DNA of 64,000 nt from an uncultured virus (IMG/VR IMGVR_UViG_3300027020_000013) (IMGVR_UViG_3300027020_000013); one strand, 5' to 3'; positions 40,068-51,561 are shown, numbered from the stretch's first letter. Program-made: numbers and translations. The notes: generated by a model not told the origin, from the letters alone.

Positions 40068-42188
40068 TTATCTCATCCATCCAGGGACTCGGTTGGCTGT
40101 GTATTTAGGTACTTCGAATTCTTTTTGGTCTACGGTTAGATCGTAGGCTTCCATTGATTTCTGTAGTACCGCATAGAACATCTTGTTTTCATCAAACTCT
40201 TTTGGTTGGTTAGCCAGGTAGGATTCAAATGCTTCCTTCTGTTCGAATGGAGATTTGACGCCAGTGATCTCTTCAACCATTGCTTGAGACCAAGCCAAGA
40301 TGTCAGCCGAACGGGTCGAGATGTTAGGTACGTCACCAGTATCCAACACAGCGGTGTAAACCACACACTGAGAATCCTGACCAATACGCCAGATACGGGC
40401 AATAGCCTGTTCTAGGATATAGCTACGGAATGGCGAGTTCAGAATCAACATGGTGTCAGCCATGGTTAGGCGCACAGCAGTTGCAAGGGACGCGTAAGTA
40501 GCGAGTAGCGGGTTCAGCTTAGGATCTTTATCGAAACGACCTACAATCGAAGACAGCTCGTTAGACGTTTTGCCGTAGACAGCAATTGGAGTCATACCGA
40601 GTTTACGGGTATGGGAATCCGAGGCTTCTAGTGCTTCCACGAACGAAGTAAACATGATCGTCTTCTTCTGAGTGGATTCCACGATACCAACCCAGTCAAC
40701 ATGTGGAACCATAGCTACGTGACATTCAATACGCTTACCACCCAGGATACGTCCGAGGGTTTCACCTTGGATCTTCAGCATCACGTATTTGATAGCCGAC
40801 TTAACATCACGGAACTCATGAATCATCGACTGTGGTAACGATGGACCGAACACGAGCTTCTCGTATTTGTTAGTAGCCTTGATCTCTTCACCCGTGAATC
40901 GTGGATCTGGGTTAGCGATAACGATCTTCAGTACACGACGATATTCGTTATAAGCAGCAGTCTGTTCTTTTGTACGGAGGGTAGCTTCGTGTAACCGTAA
41001 GCATTCGGCCCAGTATTTCTCATCCTGTGGTTTCCGATCTTTGTAGTACTTGACACGCTCTTTAATGAACGCTTCCATCACTACCTTAATAGCCGGGAGT
41101 GTGAAGTCGTTACCATTCGGGATCTGGATCTTGTAGGGTTTGTTGATCGGTGGTTTGAGACCAGTGTCTTTCTCAGTCTTAGCGATGAAGAATGACATGA
41201 AGCCCATTCGATGTCGGATAATGTCCAGACCCTTACCACCTTCTTTCCCGTAGATCAACCGGAACCTAGCTTCCACTTCAGGAGTGAACAATGGATCGGA
41301 TACAGTCATCAACGTGATCAATTCAGCACCCAGTGCTTTAACTGGAGTACCAGAAGCCAAGATGTTGTCTTGTGAGCCTAGGGCCTTAACGCACGCGATA
41401 TAGAGCTGCGTTTGCATGGACTTAGGGTCGTTCATGTTGTGACATTCATCAAGCGCAGTGAAGATCTTCTGGCCTTTAAACACACCGGTCTGTACTAGGT
41501 CGAGGAAGTTCGATAGCCATTGATAGTGAACAATGATAATCCGCTCACCATTGTAAGGTCTGCCCATTGCTGAGGACCACACAGTTTGCTTCTGATGGTA
41601 CATCTCATCCATCGAGGCTTCCCACACAACTTCAACTGCTCGTTTCTCACAGAAGAATACCATCTTGTCAGCACCGAGCATCTCACCGATAGCTGTACAC
41701 ATGTAGGTCTTGCCAGTACCAGGTTCCGCGTGTAGCAGATCGCCCACAAGGTTCCATTGATCCAGTCGAGTATTGTACGACTGGAAGTATTCCATCTGTG
41801 GTTGCTTAGCCGAGAACTTCAGGTTGTTTAGTTTGGAGAAGTCCAGGCGACCTACCGCGTTAGGCTCAGGTTTAGCAAACGCTTTACCAACCCATGTAGA
41901 TGTCAGCATTGCTTCACGGATAGCAGCTGCCGTTCGTACCGAGATGAATCGGGAACGGTAGTTCATCACGCTGTTGAGGATGTACAAGAAGTCAGGAGCA
42001 AAGAACTTATAGAACCGAAGTTCTGTAGATGAAGCGTGGTTGAAGATGTTGGCCGCAATACGTGAAGTCTTCCAATACTTGGAAATGTCCCGAACGAGAT
42101 GATTCCCGTTTACACCGGAGAGGATGATTTCGTTGCCTTGTTCTTTAGCAACTACGACGCCCATCAAACGTCGGAAATAGCTTTGCAT
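40068..42188 (-). CDS. SF2 (SNF2-like) helicase, phiKZ gp203-like
   Basis: AEPGTGKT, LDECHN, ASGTP, EQAIARIWRIGQ. Confidence 0.9.
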   Translation of the reverse strand: MQSYFRRLMGVVVAKEQGNEIILSGVNGNHLVRDISKYWKTSRIAANIFNHASSTELRFYKFFAPDFLYILNSVMNYRSRFISVRTAAAIREAMLTSTWVGKAFAKPEPNAVGRLDFSKLNNLKFSAKQPQMEYFQSYNTRLDQWNLVGDLLHAEPGTGKTYMCTAIGEMLGADKMVFFCEKRAVEVVWEASMDEMYHQKQTVWSSAMGRPYNGERIIIVHYQWLSNFLDLVQTGVFKGQKIFTALDECHNMNDPKSMQTQLYIACVKALGSQDNILASGTPVKALGAELITLMTVSDPLFTPEVEARFRLIYGKEGGKGLDIIRHRMGFMSFFIAKTEKDTGLKPPINKPYKIQIPNGNDFTLPAIKVVMEAFIKERVKYYKDRKPQDEKYWAECLRLHEATLRTKEQTAAYNEYRRVLKIVIANPDPRFTGEEIKATNKYEKLVFGPSLPQSMIHEFRDVKSAIKYVMLKIQGETLGRILGGKRIECHVAMVPHVDWVGIVESTQKKTIMFTSFVEALEASDSHTRKLGMTPIAVYGKTSNELSSIVGRFDKDPKLNPLLATYASLATAVRLTMADTMLILNSPFRSYILEQAIARIWRIGQDSQCVVYTAVLDTGDVPNISTRSADILAWSQAMVEEITGVKSPFEQKEAFESYLANQPKEFDENKMFYAVLQKSMEAYDLTVDQKEFEVPKYTANRVPGWMR

Positions 42189-42250
42189 GGTTGAGCCCTT
42201 GTTCTTTATTAGAAGTCATAAGATTAGCCCCGATCAGAAATAAAATACTT

Positions 42251-42420
42251 TATGCATGATAGTATAGACGAGGCCCGCGCTTAAGCGCAGTCCATGAGGA
42301 GGTGATCCAGCCTAGTTGCACCCATGAGCGTGACCATTATTGCTGAGAAGCAACGAATGCTCATACACGTACCTTGTCTATTAGAGCCTGACCTCTGGTG
42401 GTTACCTTCGGGTAACCATT
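42251..42420 (+). ncRNA. candidate structured ncRNA with 16-nt complement to the 16S rRNA 3' end
   Basis: Closing stem 42264-73/42372-81, GCGC-TTAA-GCGC, stem 42324-31/42357-64 capped by TTGCT-GAGA-AGCAA, AGGAGGTGATCCAGCC at 42297-42312, own terminator. Confidence 0.6.
42399..42418 (+). terminator. cUUCGg terminator with no credible upstream + strand CDS
   Basis: TGGTTACC-TTCG-GGTAACCA. Confidence 0.8.
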
Positions 42421-42446
42421 ATGTCGTTTCTAAGAAATCTCAAATC

Positions 42447-42454
42447 TATATTAC
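42447..42454 (+). promoter_or_regulatory. early promoter core TATATTAC
   Basis: Exact motif upstream of 42483. Confidence 0.8.
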
Positions 42455-42482
42455 GTTATTGCATTCCAACTGGAGTTTTTAA

Positions 42483-42977
42483 ATGTCTCAAGAGTTACAG
42501 CCTATTCCACGCATGTCGCTGAAAACAGCTGACGGCAAAAACATTCCCGTCATGGCACAAGTTGGTTGCGGTACAGTTGAGTTCAGCGTCGATGTTGACA
42601 ACGATGCGCAATACCCAGCATTCCCTCGCCAGTTCTTCTCGATCCAGTCGATCACCACGCTGACGTATCTGGACGTGCACAAAGCTTTCACTGATGAAGA
42701 CACGTTCCATGCACTGCAAGCATGTGAAGCGATCTTCGGTTCTGGTCAACGTCGATACGGTAATGTGGATGATCCGAATCCAGAAAGCGACAAAGTCTTC
42801 AAAGGTATCTCGATCTCGTTGGCTGGTATGATTCCAGCTGACCAGATGATGGCATTGTATATTTTCGCTCAAGATGCAGGCCACATGATGCTACCGAAAA
42901 TGCAAGTCAGTAGCGAAGGCAACACCTACACCATCTTCACGCTGATCCCTAACTACGAGGCACTGTGTGGAGCGTAA
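42483..42977 (+). CDS. hypothetical protein, 164 aa
   Basis: GGAG SD. Confidence 0.8.
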   Translation: MSQELQPIPRMSLKTADGKNIPVMAQVGCGTVEFSVDVDNDAQYPAFPRQFFSIQSITTLTYLDVHKAFTDEDTFHALQACEAIFGSGQRRYGNVDDPNPESDKVFKGISISLAGMIPADQMMALYIFAQDAGHMMLPKMQVSSEGNTYTIFTLIPNYEALCGA

Positions 42978-43398
42978 CCCTACCCTCAAGAAGATCCCAC
43001 TAGAAACCCGTGTTGATCTCATTCGTGAAGCTGCTGCTTATGCGAATAAAGAATACATGGATCGCTGCTGGATTGAGAAAGATGAGGATGGTTTCACGGG
43101 ATGGCGTTGGGACAAGTATAAGTCCACCCGTGTGATCGTCTGTGCTGCTAATCGCTACGGCGATTTCATTGTCACCGGTAGTCGTCACTATTCTGTATCG
43201 ATGACGATGACTATCAAACTCGTAGGCATGGACGCATTGCGTGCTTACGCTGGTAACGAATATGATCAAGGCTTCATCGATCAGTTCGGTACGTACTACA
43301 CCCGTAAAGAAGCATGGGATCTGTGCGCTGCACAAGGGCGCAAACTATTACCTGATGGAGGTCCTGACGGAACTCTGTTCTCGGAGCATCTGTACTGA
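42967..43398 (+). CDS. phage protein of unknown function (QGF.DQ.G....R.EA...A...G...LFSE.LY type)
   Basis: C-terminal motif recognisable from other phage proteins. Confidence 0.75.
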   Translation: MERNPTLKKIPLETRVDLIREAAAYANKEYMDRCWIEKDEDGFTGWRWDKYKSTRVIVCAANRYGDFIVTGSRHYSVSMTMTIKLVGMDALRAYAGNEYDQGFIDQFGTYYTRKEAWDLCAAQGRKLLPDGGPDGTLFSEHLY

Positions 43399-43886
43399 TG
43401 GCAAAGAAGCAACCACCCGTTAAGCTAAAAGTGTTCTTCGTATTGGACACTGGCGAAACGATTCTGTGTGACAACGTGATCTACAAATCCATTCCTCTGC
43501 AACCAGGTAACAAGAAGTTTTGTCACCTAGAGCGCAAAGGCAACCAATGGATTCTGCTGCATACCGAAGGGACATTCTTCGATGGCGATATCCCGGATGA
43601 AACCGATATCCAGGTAATTCGCCATGAAGAAGGTAAGCGTTATTTCCCCCACTTTATCCTAGGTGATGGACGACCACTCATTGTAACGAGGTACACTGTA
43701 CTGACGCCAATGAACATCGAGCCGTTTTATCACTTCGATGAACTACCGGACAATACGTTCCGGTTGACCCACAGTACTAACTTCTTCAATCCGGATGTTC
43801 AAAATCGGATAATGATAGTTAGCTCTGAGAAAGCCCCGCTGCATCAAGATCTGAACCGCATCTTTGTGGCTAAGATCAAAAACTAG
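43398..43886 (+). CDS. hypothetical protein with internal two-fold repeat
   Basis: F.L..G..I.....F.H.....N.[WF].L.H occurs twice. Confidence 0.75.
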   Translation: MAKKQPPVKLKVFFVLDTGETILCDNVIYKSIPLQPGNKKFCHLERKGNQWILLHTEGTFFDGDIPDETDIQVIRHEEGKRYFPHFILGDGRPLIVTRYTVLTPMNIEPFYHFDELPDNTFRLTHSTNFFNPDVQNRIMIVSSEKAPLHQDLNRIFVAKIKN

Positions 43887-43988
43887 AGGGTTGTAAGCCT
43901 GCGTGCAAGCAGGAGCTGTAATAAAAATAGCAATACAAGCACTGGAGCGCTGGTATGAAACCGGCATTTTATTTACTACGGGGATGTT

Positions 43989-44729
43989 ATGATTTCCACA
44001 ATGGATGGAATTGACCTTCAACTACACTCGGCAACTGTTATCTACGATCGGGAGAAACGTAGCTTTCAGATTGACCGGGCGACTACAGGGGAGGCGGCAC
44101 AGATCGCCAAGTGGTTTAATGAAGGAGTTGTAAGTTTCAAGGAAGGAAAAGGGTTTCTGATAAACAGTACCTATTACGTGAAGGCAACAAAGCAAGGTCG
44201 GTTCTACGTCACACATTTGTCGTGGACCGAACGCTTTTTGGAATACCCTTGGTTTACATGCCGTGATTTCGGCGTGGAAGGCTTTGGGTGGAACATCGTG
44301 GATCATAACCAAGAACTGAAGGTATTCAATATGTGCATGTTGGAAAAGAGTGTTGACCTCATCGAAGTTGCATCCACCAGTGCGGATGTGCACATCGAAG
44401 ACACTCTTGCAGGTATTGAATTCTTCGGAAGCAATCCAGATCTCGTCCAGTCGGTACCGGATGAGCTGGAAGTAGAAAAGGATGAACAACTGAAACACCT
44501 TGCTCGAGCGGGGTTGGATTGGTTGCCTACTCCTGAAGAAGTAGAAGCACAGCGTCCCGTTTGGTTGAATGCGGATGGTTCGTATAACGCAGAACTGCAC
44601 AAAGCAGACTGCGATGAACTGGCCCGTATGTATCCAATCGTTGCAGTACCGCAGCAACTTAGCGAGGCTGCTCAAGCTAAATTGAGTGGCACCATCCGTG
44701 CTGTTGATAGCGCGTTGATGACCCGTTAA
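43989..44729 (+). CDS. hypothetical protein, 246 aa
   Basis: GGGGA SD; ORF track. Confidence 0.75.
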   Translation: MISTMDGIDLQLHSATVIYDREKRSFQIDRATTGEAAQIAKWFNEGVVSFKEGKGFLINSTYYVKATKQGRFYVTHLSWTERFLEYPWFTCRDFGVEGFGWNIVDHNQELKVFNMCMLEKSVDLIEVASTSADVHIEDTLAGIEFFGSNPDLVQSVPDELEVEKDEQLKHLARAGLDWLPTPEEVEAQRPVWLNADGSYNAELHKADCDELARMYPIVAVPQQLSEAAQAKLSGTIRAVDSALMTR

Positions 44730-44804
44730 GTCCGAAGTAAATACTATCGGAACAATAGTTTGTGGGGTACATCGTGCCCCACGAGCTATTTAAAGGGAGC
44801 AACC

Positions 44805-45323
44805 ATGTCAAGCATCATTCACTCGAATCGATACGAACGCCCAGGCAATTGCTTTGTTGGTCGTATCGGTCCAGGTATCATCCGATCTCCTGCTGAACGA
44901 GAAGCAGAAGAACAATTTATGAAAGCGATACGGGAATTACCTCTAATCGAAGATCCTGTATTGAAAGCACTGCGTGAGAAACGCGAGGAAAGAGCAATGA
45001 GTGGAACTGAAATCCCATGTGCGCACGAGCCACATGGCGTAGGTAATCATGACCTACCTGATGTTGTAACCCCCGAAGTATTTATGGACCGCTTTACTCA
45101 TCAAGCTGCTTTTGATGCTGTAATGAAGTTCGAAGCTGAACTGATCAAAGCAAAACCTGTTGCTTCTGCACTGGGTAGTTTCTTGGAAGTAACCATCGCC
45201 GCGGTATTGAGTGGTCGTGTTACTGATATCGTCAAGCAGAAGTATCTGGACGCTGGTTGGAAAACCGTTACCTTTACTCAGGGTAGCCCTACCACTACTA
45301 CGCTGAAGGTAATCTTCCCTTGA
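44805..45323 (+). CDS. hypothetical protein
   Basis: Start moved to ATG 44805 (GGGAG SD). Confidence 0.75.
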   Translation: MSSIIHSNRYERPGNCFVGRIGPGIIRSPAEREAEEQFMKAIRELPLIEDPVLKALREKREERAMSGTEIPCAHEPHGVGNHDLPDVVTPEVFMDRFTHQAAFDAVMKFEAELIKAKPVASALGSFLEVTIAAVLSGRVTDIVKQKYLDAGWKTVTFTQGSPTTTTLKVIFP

Positions 45324-45673
45324 TTTCTTCCCTACACGAAGAACAGAACGTTCGATTAGCACGCGCTCGTGAAGTCTACACCTGTGATGAAGACTTTTGT
45401 GAATACATCAAACTAGCCCAAGTGATGGTTCCACGTTATCTTGCAATGTTGCGTGTTGACCATGATCGTGATTGGAACGAAGATCGCTTCGGTCCAAAGA
45501 CCTCTCTAGGACATCTGAAATGGATGCTTGAAGAAATCAAAACCAACTTCGAACAATCCATCACCAAGAAACATCGATGGATGGGTTTCATTCATGGGTT
45601 GCTCGTGGCCTATGGCTTCACTACCGTAGACCGTGAACGTGACATGACTCGAGGTATTCTCGATGGTTCCTGA
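45320..45673 (+). CDS. phage protein of unknown function (K.HRW.GF..G motif)
   Basis: HLKWML...KKHRWMGFIHG. Confidence 0.75.
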   Translation: MISSLHEEQNVRLARAREVYTCDEDFCEYIKLAQVMVPRYLAMLRVDHDRDWNEDRFGPKTSLGHLKWMLEEIKTNFEQSITKKHRWMGFIHGLLVAYGFTTVDRERDMTRGILDGS

Positions 45674-46061
45674 TTGGTTGAAGCGTTGGTGGAATCACAG
45701 TGAATATGGTACACCGGCTGCTGAAATTCTCGGTGAGCGCGTTACGCCAGTACTGAAATCAATTCCGGCACCGCACCAAGTTCGTCGAGCACTTGAGGCA
45801 TATACAGACAACGTTGTCATCGTGCTTAACGTGATGACAGAGCTACTCAGTGAAGCTGAGCAAGTACGTGCATTCATGTTGAGCAGTGGTTGTATTCGTA
45901 TACCCGCTTGCCGTTATCTGACTGACGAGGAAGTGGAACAAACCAAGAAAGCTTTGTCGAAAGTTGGTTGGATCGTCAAGGAAGTTGTGTTTGAACCCGT
46001 AAATCGTCGCCATCTTTATTACCTTGAATTCCCTCTGTCATCAGGTGGTTGTACTGATTAA
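45663..46061 (+). CDS. hypothetical protein, 132 aa
   Basis: GAGG SD; ORF. Confidence 0.7.
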   Translation: MVPDWLKRWWNHSEYGTPAAEILGERVTPVLKSIPAPHQVRRALEAYTDNVVIVLNVMTELLSEAEQVRAFMLSSGCIRIPACRYLTDEEVEQTKKALSKVGWIVKEVVFEPVNRRHLYYLEFPLSSGGCTD

Positions 46062-46698
46062 AGGCTATATCGCGGGAGTCGGTTCACGTGAAGTTCCAGA
46101 GTGGGCATTAGAGCTCATGATCCGGTTGGGTCGAACCTATACGGATCTAGGGTATCAAATGTCATCAGGGGACGCATGGGATTCAGACCGTGCGTTCCTT
46201 TATGGCGCTGCACAGTCGAAACGATACCAAGAGATTGGCGCGAGAGTCTTTCTACATAAAGACGGAACCAACGGTAGATGGGTTAAAGATAATCCATTTT
46301 ACTACGATGCTTCATTGTTTGATGCAAACACGCAAACTACCGCATTGAACCTGGCTACATTGGCTCGTGGTGGTTTATGGGGATTGAACCCTGGTGGTGT
46401 ACAACTCCATACGCGGAACGTGTATCAAATCCATGGAGCTGATCTAGCTTCACTTGTATCGGCGATTTACTTTTATGCTGAACCTAATGGTAAATCGAAA
46501 GTACATGGTGGTACTAACACTGCCCTGCAATTAGCAAAGAAAGCAAACGTACCGATCATTAAGAATCTGTACGATGCCAAAGTCGTTGAGGAAGTCGAAG
46601 CATGGCTGGAGGAGCATGAACTCGATTACCCGTACATCGATATTGATTGGCACCAAATTCATAAACCGACTGATCCCCGTTTAAAGGAATTCGAATGA
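46024..46698 (+). CDS. SLOG/DprA-like nucleotide-binding protein (start uncertain)
   Basis: AGVGSRE, SSGDAWDSDRAF, GGTNTALQLAKKANVP. Confidence 0.8.
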   Translation: MNSLCHQVVVLIKGYIAGVGSREVPEWALELMIRLGRTYTDLGYQMSSGDAWDSDRAFLYGAAQSKRYQEIGARVFLHKDGTNGRWVKDNPFYYDASLFDANTQTTALNLATLARGGLWGLNPGGVQLHTRNVYQIHGADLASLVSAIYFYAEPNGKSKVHGGTNTALQLAKKANVPIIKNLYDAKVVEEVEAWLEEHELDYPYIDIDWHQIHKPTDPRLKEFE

Positions 46699-47258
46699 CT
46701 CTGTGGCAACGCATCAAAAGCTGGTTCGGTTTCAAACCAAAACAAGTAACGCCTGCACGACCACCACGTACTGATATTGTTATCAGTCTGGGACGCTCTA
46801 CTCCGGTTCGCTCTGCAGGGGAATCGGAAATCCGTGATCGCAATATTGCTGCATTCAGTACAGGTGTAGCCAGTGTCTCTCGGCAACCTGCTTACGTGGC
46901 ACAGCAACAAGTACATCGTCCATCCCGTGCAGCTGTAAGTTCTCCAGTAGTTGATCGGAGCGATAGTCTACTGGATACGGTCACCACAGTACTGGCCGTC
47001 GATGCTGTCACCGACATCATTAGCGATCTGCTAAAGACTGATCCCCAACCAGAGCCTGCGCGTACGGTTGGTTGGGGCGATCATGAAGAACGCGTACGTT
47101 CTGAGAATGCTTACAACACTGCACGTGAACAAGCTTCTCAACCAGCTGAACCGGAGTCGTCTACTCGCTTCGACGATACTCGCTCCAGTTCGTTCGATGA
47201 CTCCGGCTCTCGTTCGAGTTCCTGGGATGATTCTGGTAGCTCGAACTGGTCTGACTGA
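46695..47258 (+). CDS. protein with amphipathic N-terminus and Ser/Asp-rich tail
   Basis: MTLWQRIKSWFG...; SSSFDDSGSRSSSWDDSGSSNWSD. Confidence 0.8.
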   Translation: MTLWQRIKSWFGFKPKQVTPARPPRTDIVISLGRSTPVRSAGESEIRDRNIAAFSTGVASVSRQPAYVAQQQVHRPSRAAVSSPVVDRSDSLLDTVTTVLAVDAVTDIISDLLKTDPQPEPARTVGWGDHEERVRSENAYNTAREQASQPAEPESSTRFDDTRSSSFDDSGSRSSSWDDSGSSNWSD

Positions 47259-47266
47259 ATAAAGAC

Positions 47267-47284
47267 GGCTACCTTCGGGTAGCC
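47267..47284 (+). terminator. cUUCGg terminator
   Basis: GGCTACC-TTCG-GGTAGCC-ATTTT. Confidence 0.8.
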
Positions 47285-47305
47285 ATTTTGTCGTTAAGGA
47301 TAGAA

Positions 47306-47575
47306 ATGAAAACTGGTCAATCTAAGTTGTTCCGTAAGCTGGCACTGAACCGTCGTTCGAATCGGATCAACTCTGCGGTATACGGGGGTGTCAATAGCAA
47401 TGACATTGCACCTGTTCCGAACTTCTGGAAAGCGCAAACCATCAGTGGTATACACAGCAAGATCGAAGAATGCGTGAAGATTGCAAATAGCACGGCTCAG
47501 ACTGCAATCGGACCTATGTACGAAATCAGTCATCCAGACTTCGATAAAGAACTAGACAAAATTCTACGCCGGTAG
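47306..47575 (+). CDS. hypothetical protein
   Basis: TAAGGA SD before ATG 47306. Confidence 0.7.
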   Translation: MKTGQSKLFRKLALNRRSNRINSAVYGGVNSNDIAPVPNFWKAQTISGIHSKIEECVKIANSTAQTAIGPMYEISHPDFDKELDKILRR

Positions 47576-47605
47576 TCAATGTAATGTCTACCCAGGAGTA
47601 TTTCA

Positions 47606-48232
47606 ATGTCTGTTCTTTCTGACAAATCAATTCGCAGCCTCTGTCAAGATGCTGAAGTTCCAATGATCTCGCCTTTCTACGGTCGTTCCGTAAAAGAAGT
47701 GCGGGGTGAAAAAGTTGCAAGCTATGGTCTGTCCACTGCCGGATACGATATCCGAGCAGCCCAAGAGTTCATGATCTTTAAACCGATCAAGTACTCGTTG
47801 TGGGAACGCCTCAAACATCTGTTCACTGGCAAGCCGAAACCGGTAAGTCCATTGAGCTATAAAGAAATCACCCCCGACATGTTTGACAAAGTCAACGGTC
47901 GTCAGGTTGTAGTACCACCGGGTGGTTTCTTGCTGGCACGTAGTATGGAGTACGTCAATATGCCTCGCGATGTTGTCGCGATTTGTATTGGTAAGTCTAC
48001 CATTGCCCGTGCAGGTTGGAACTGTTTGTGTACCCCGATCGAACCAGGTTGGGATGGTTACATTACGTTGGAGTTCCAGAACACTACAGACCGACCGAAT
48101 ATCTTCTACGCTGAAGAAGGTTGTCTGCAGCTGGTATTCCACAAACTCGATCAAGACCCTGAGACGTCGTACTCTGACCGTAAAGGCAAGTACAACAACC
48201 AGGAAGCCAAGATCGTTCTGCCACGTGTATAA
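47606..48232 (+). CDS. dcd: dCTP deaminase
   Basis: VLSDKSI, SYGLSTAGYDIR, GKSTIARAG, TPIEPGWDGYITLE, YSDRKGKY. Confidence 0.95.
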   Translation: MSVLSDKSIRSLCQDAEVPMISPFYGRSVKEVRGEKVASYGLSTAGYDIRAAQEFMIFKPIKYSLWERLKHLFTGKPKPVSPLSYKEITPDMFDKVNGRQVVVPPGGFLLARSMEYVNMPRDVVAICIGKSTIARAGWNCLCTPIEPGWDGYITLEFQNTTDRPNIFYAEEGCLQLVFHKLDQDPETSYSDRKGKYNNQEAKIVLPRV

Positions 48233-48234
48233 TC

Positions 48235-48254
48235 AGTGAGCCTTCGGGCTCACT
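48235..48254 (+). terminator. cUUCGg terminator
   Basis: AGTGAGCC-TTCG-GGCTCACT, T-rich tail. Confidence 0.85.
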
Positions 48255-48279
48255 CTTTATTTTCTTTTTGGGAGTTTCT

Positions 48280-51219
<2,940 letters not shown>

Positions 51220-51224
51220 ACAAA

Positions 51225-51488
51225 ATGGAAATACCCCTTTTATCTGGTATCTGGAAACGATATCTAGTCCGTAAGAAAATTCGTCAGCTCCGTAATGAGC
51301 GTCTGCGCTTGATTAATAGATCTTGTGCCGATGGTATAGCTTACGATACATCAACCTCTCGGTTCCTGTGTCCTTGCTGCCTACAGCGAATCTGTGGACG
51401 TAAACACAATCGCTCAAAGATCCCTGCCGTTATTCGTGCCCAGGAACAACTGGACGCTATCAACGACCAGATAATGCAATTGTCGTAA
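51225..51488 (+). CDS. small basic protein with CPCC...C...H (possible Zn site)
   Basis: ORF track. Confidence 0.65.
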   Translation: MEIPLLSGIWKRYLVRKKIRQLRNERLRLINRSCADGIAYDTSTSRFLCPCCLQRICGRKHNRSKIPAVIRAQEQLDAINDQIMQLS

Positions 51489-51497
51489 CAGCATATA

Positions 51498-51515
51498 GCC
51501 TCCCTTCGGGGAGGC
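51498..51515 (+). terminator. cUUCGg terminator
   Basis: GCCTCCC-TTCG-GGGAGGC, long T run. Confidence 0.85.
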
Positions 51516-51553
51516 GTTATGTTTTTTTTTTTCATCACAAAAAGTTTGAGATC

Positions 51554-51561
51554 TATATTAC
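51554..51561 (+). promoter_or_regulatory. early promoter core TATATTAC
   Basis: Exact motif. Confidence 0.8.

Noticed and set aside
42297..42312. rRNA gene fragment or contamination
   Set aside because: The match is limited to 16 nt, and the flanks are phage-type (terminator, promoter) rather than rRNA.
42324..42482. 52-codon ORF downstream of AGGAGG
   Set aside because: SD spacing is ~21 nt, the ATG is buried in a stem, and the ORF runs through a terminator and an early promoter. Not fully excluded.
43884..43930. preQ1 riboswitch or hammerhead ribozyme
   Set aside because: Only superficial similarity (AGAGG..A-rich tract); the required P1 pairing and CUGANGA/GAAA core are absent.
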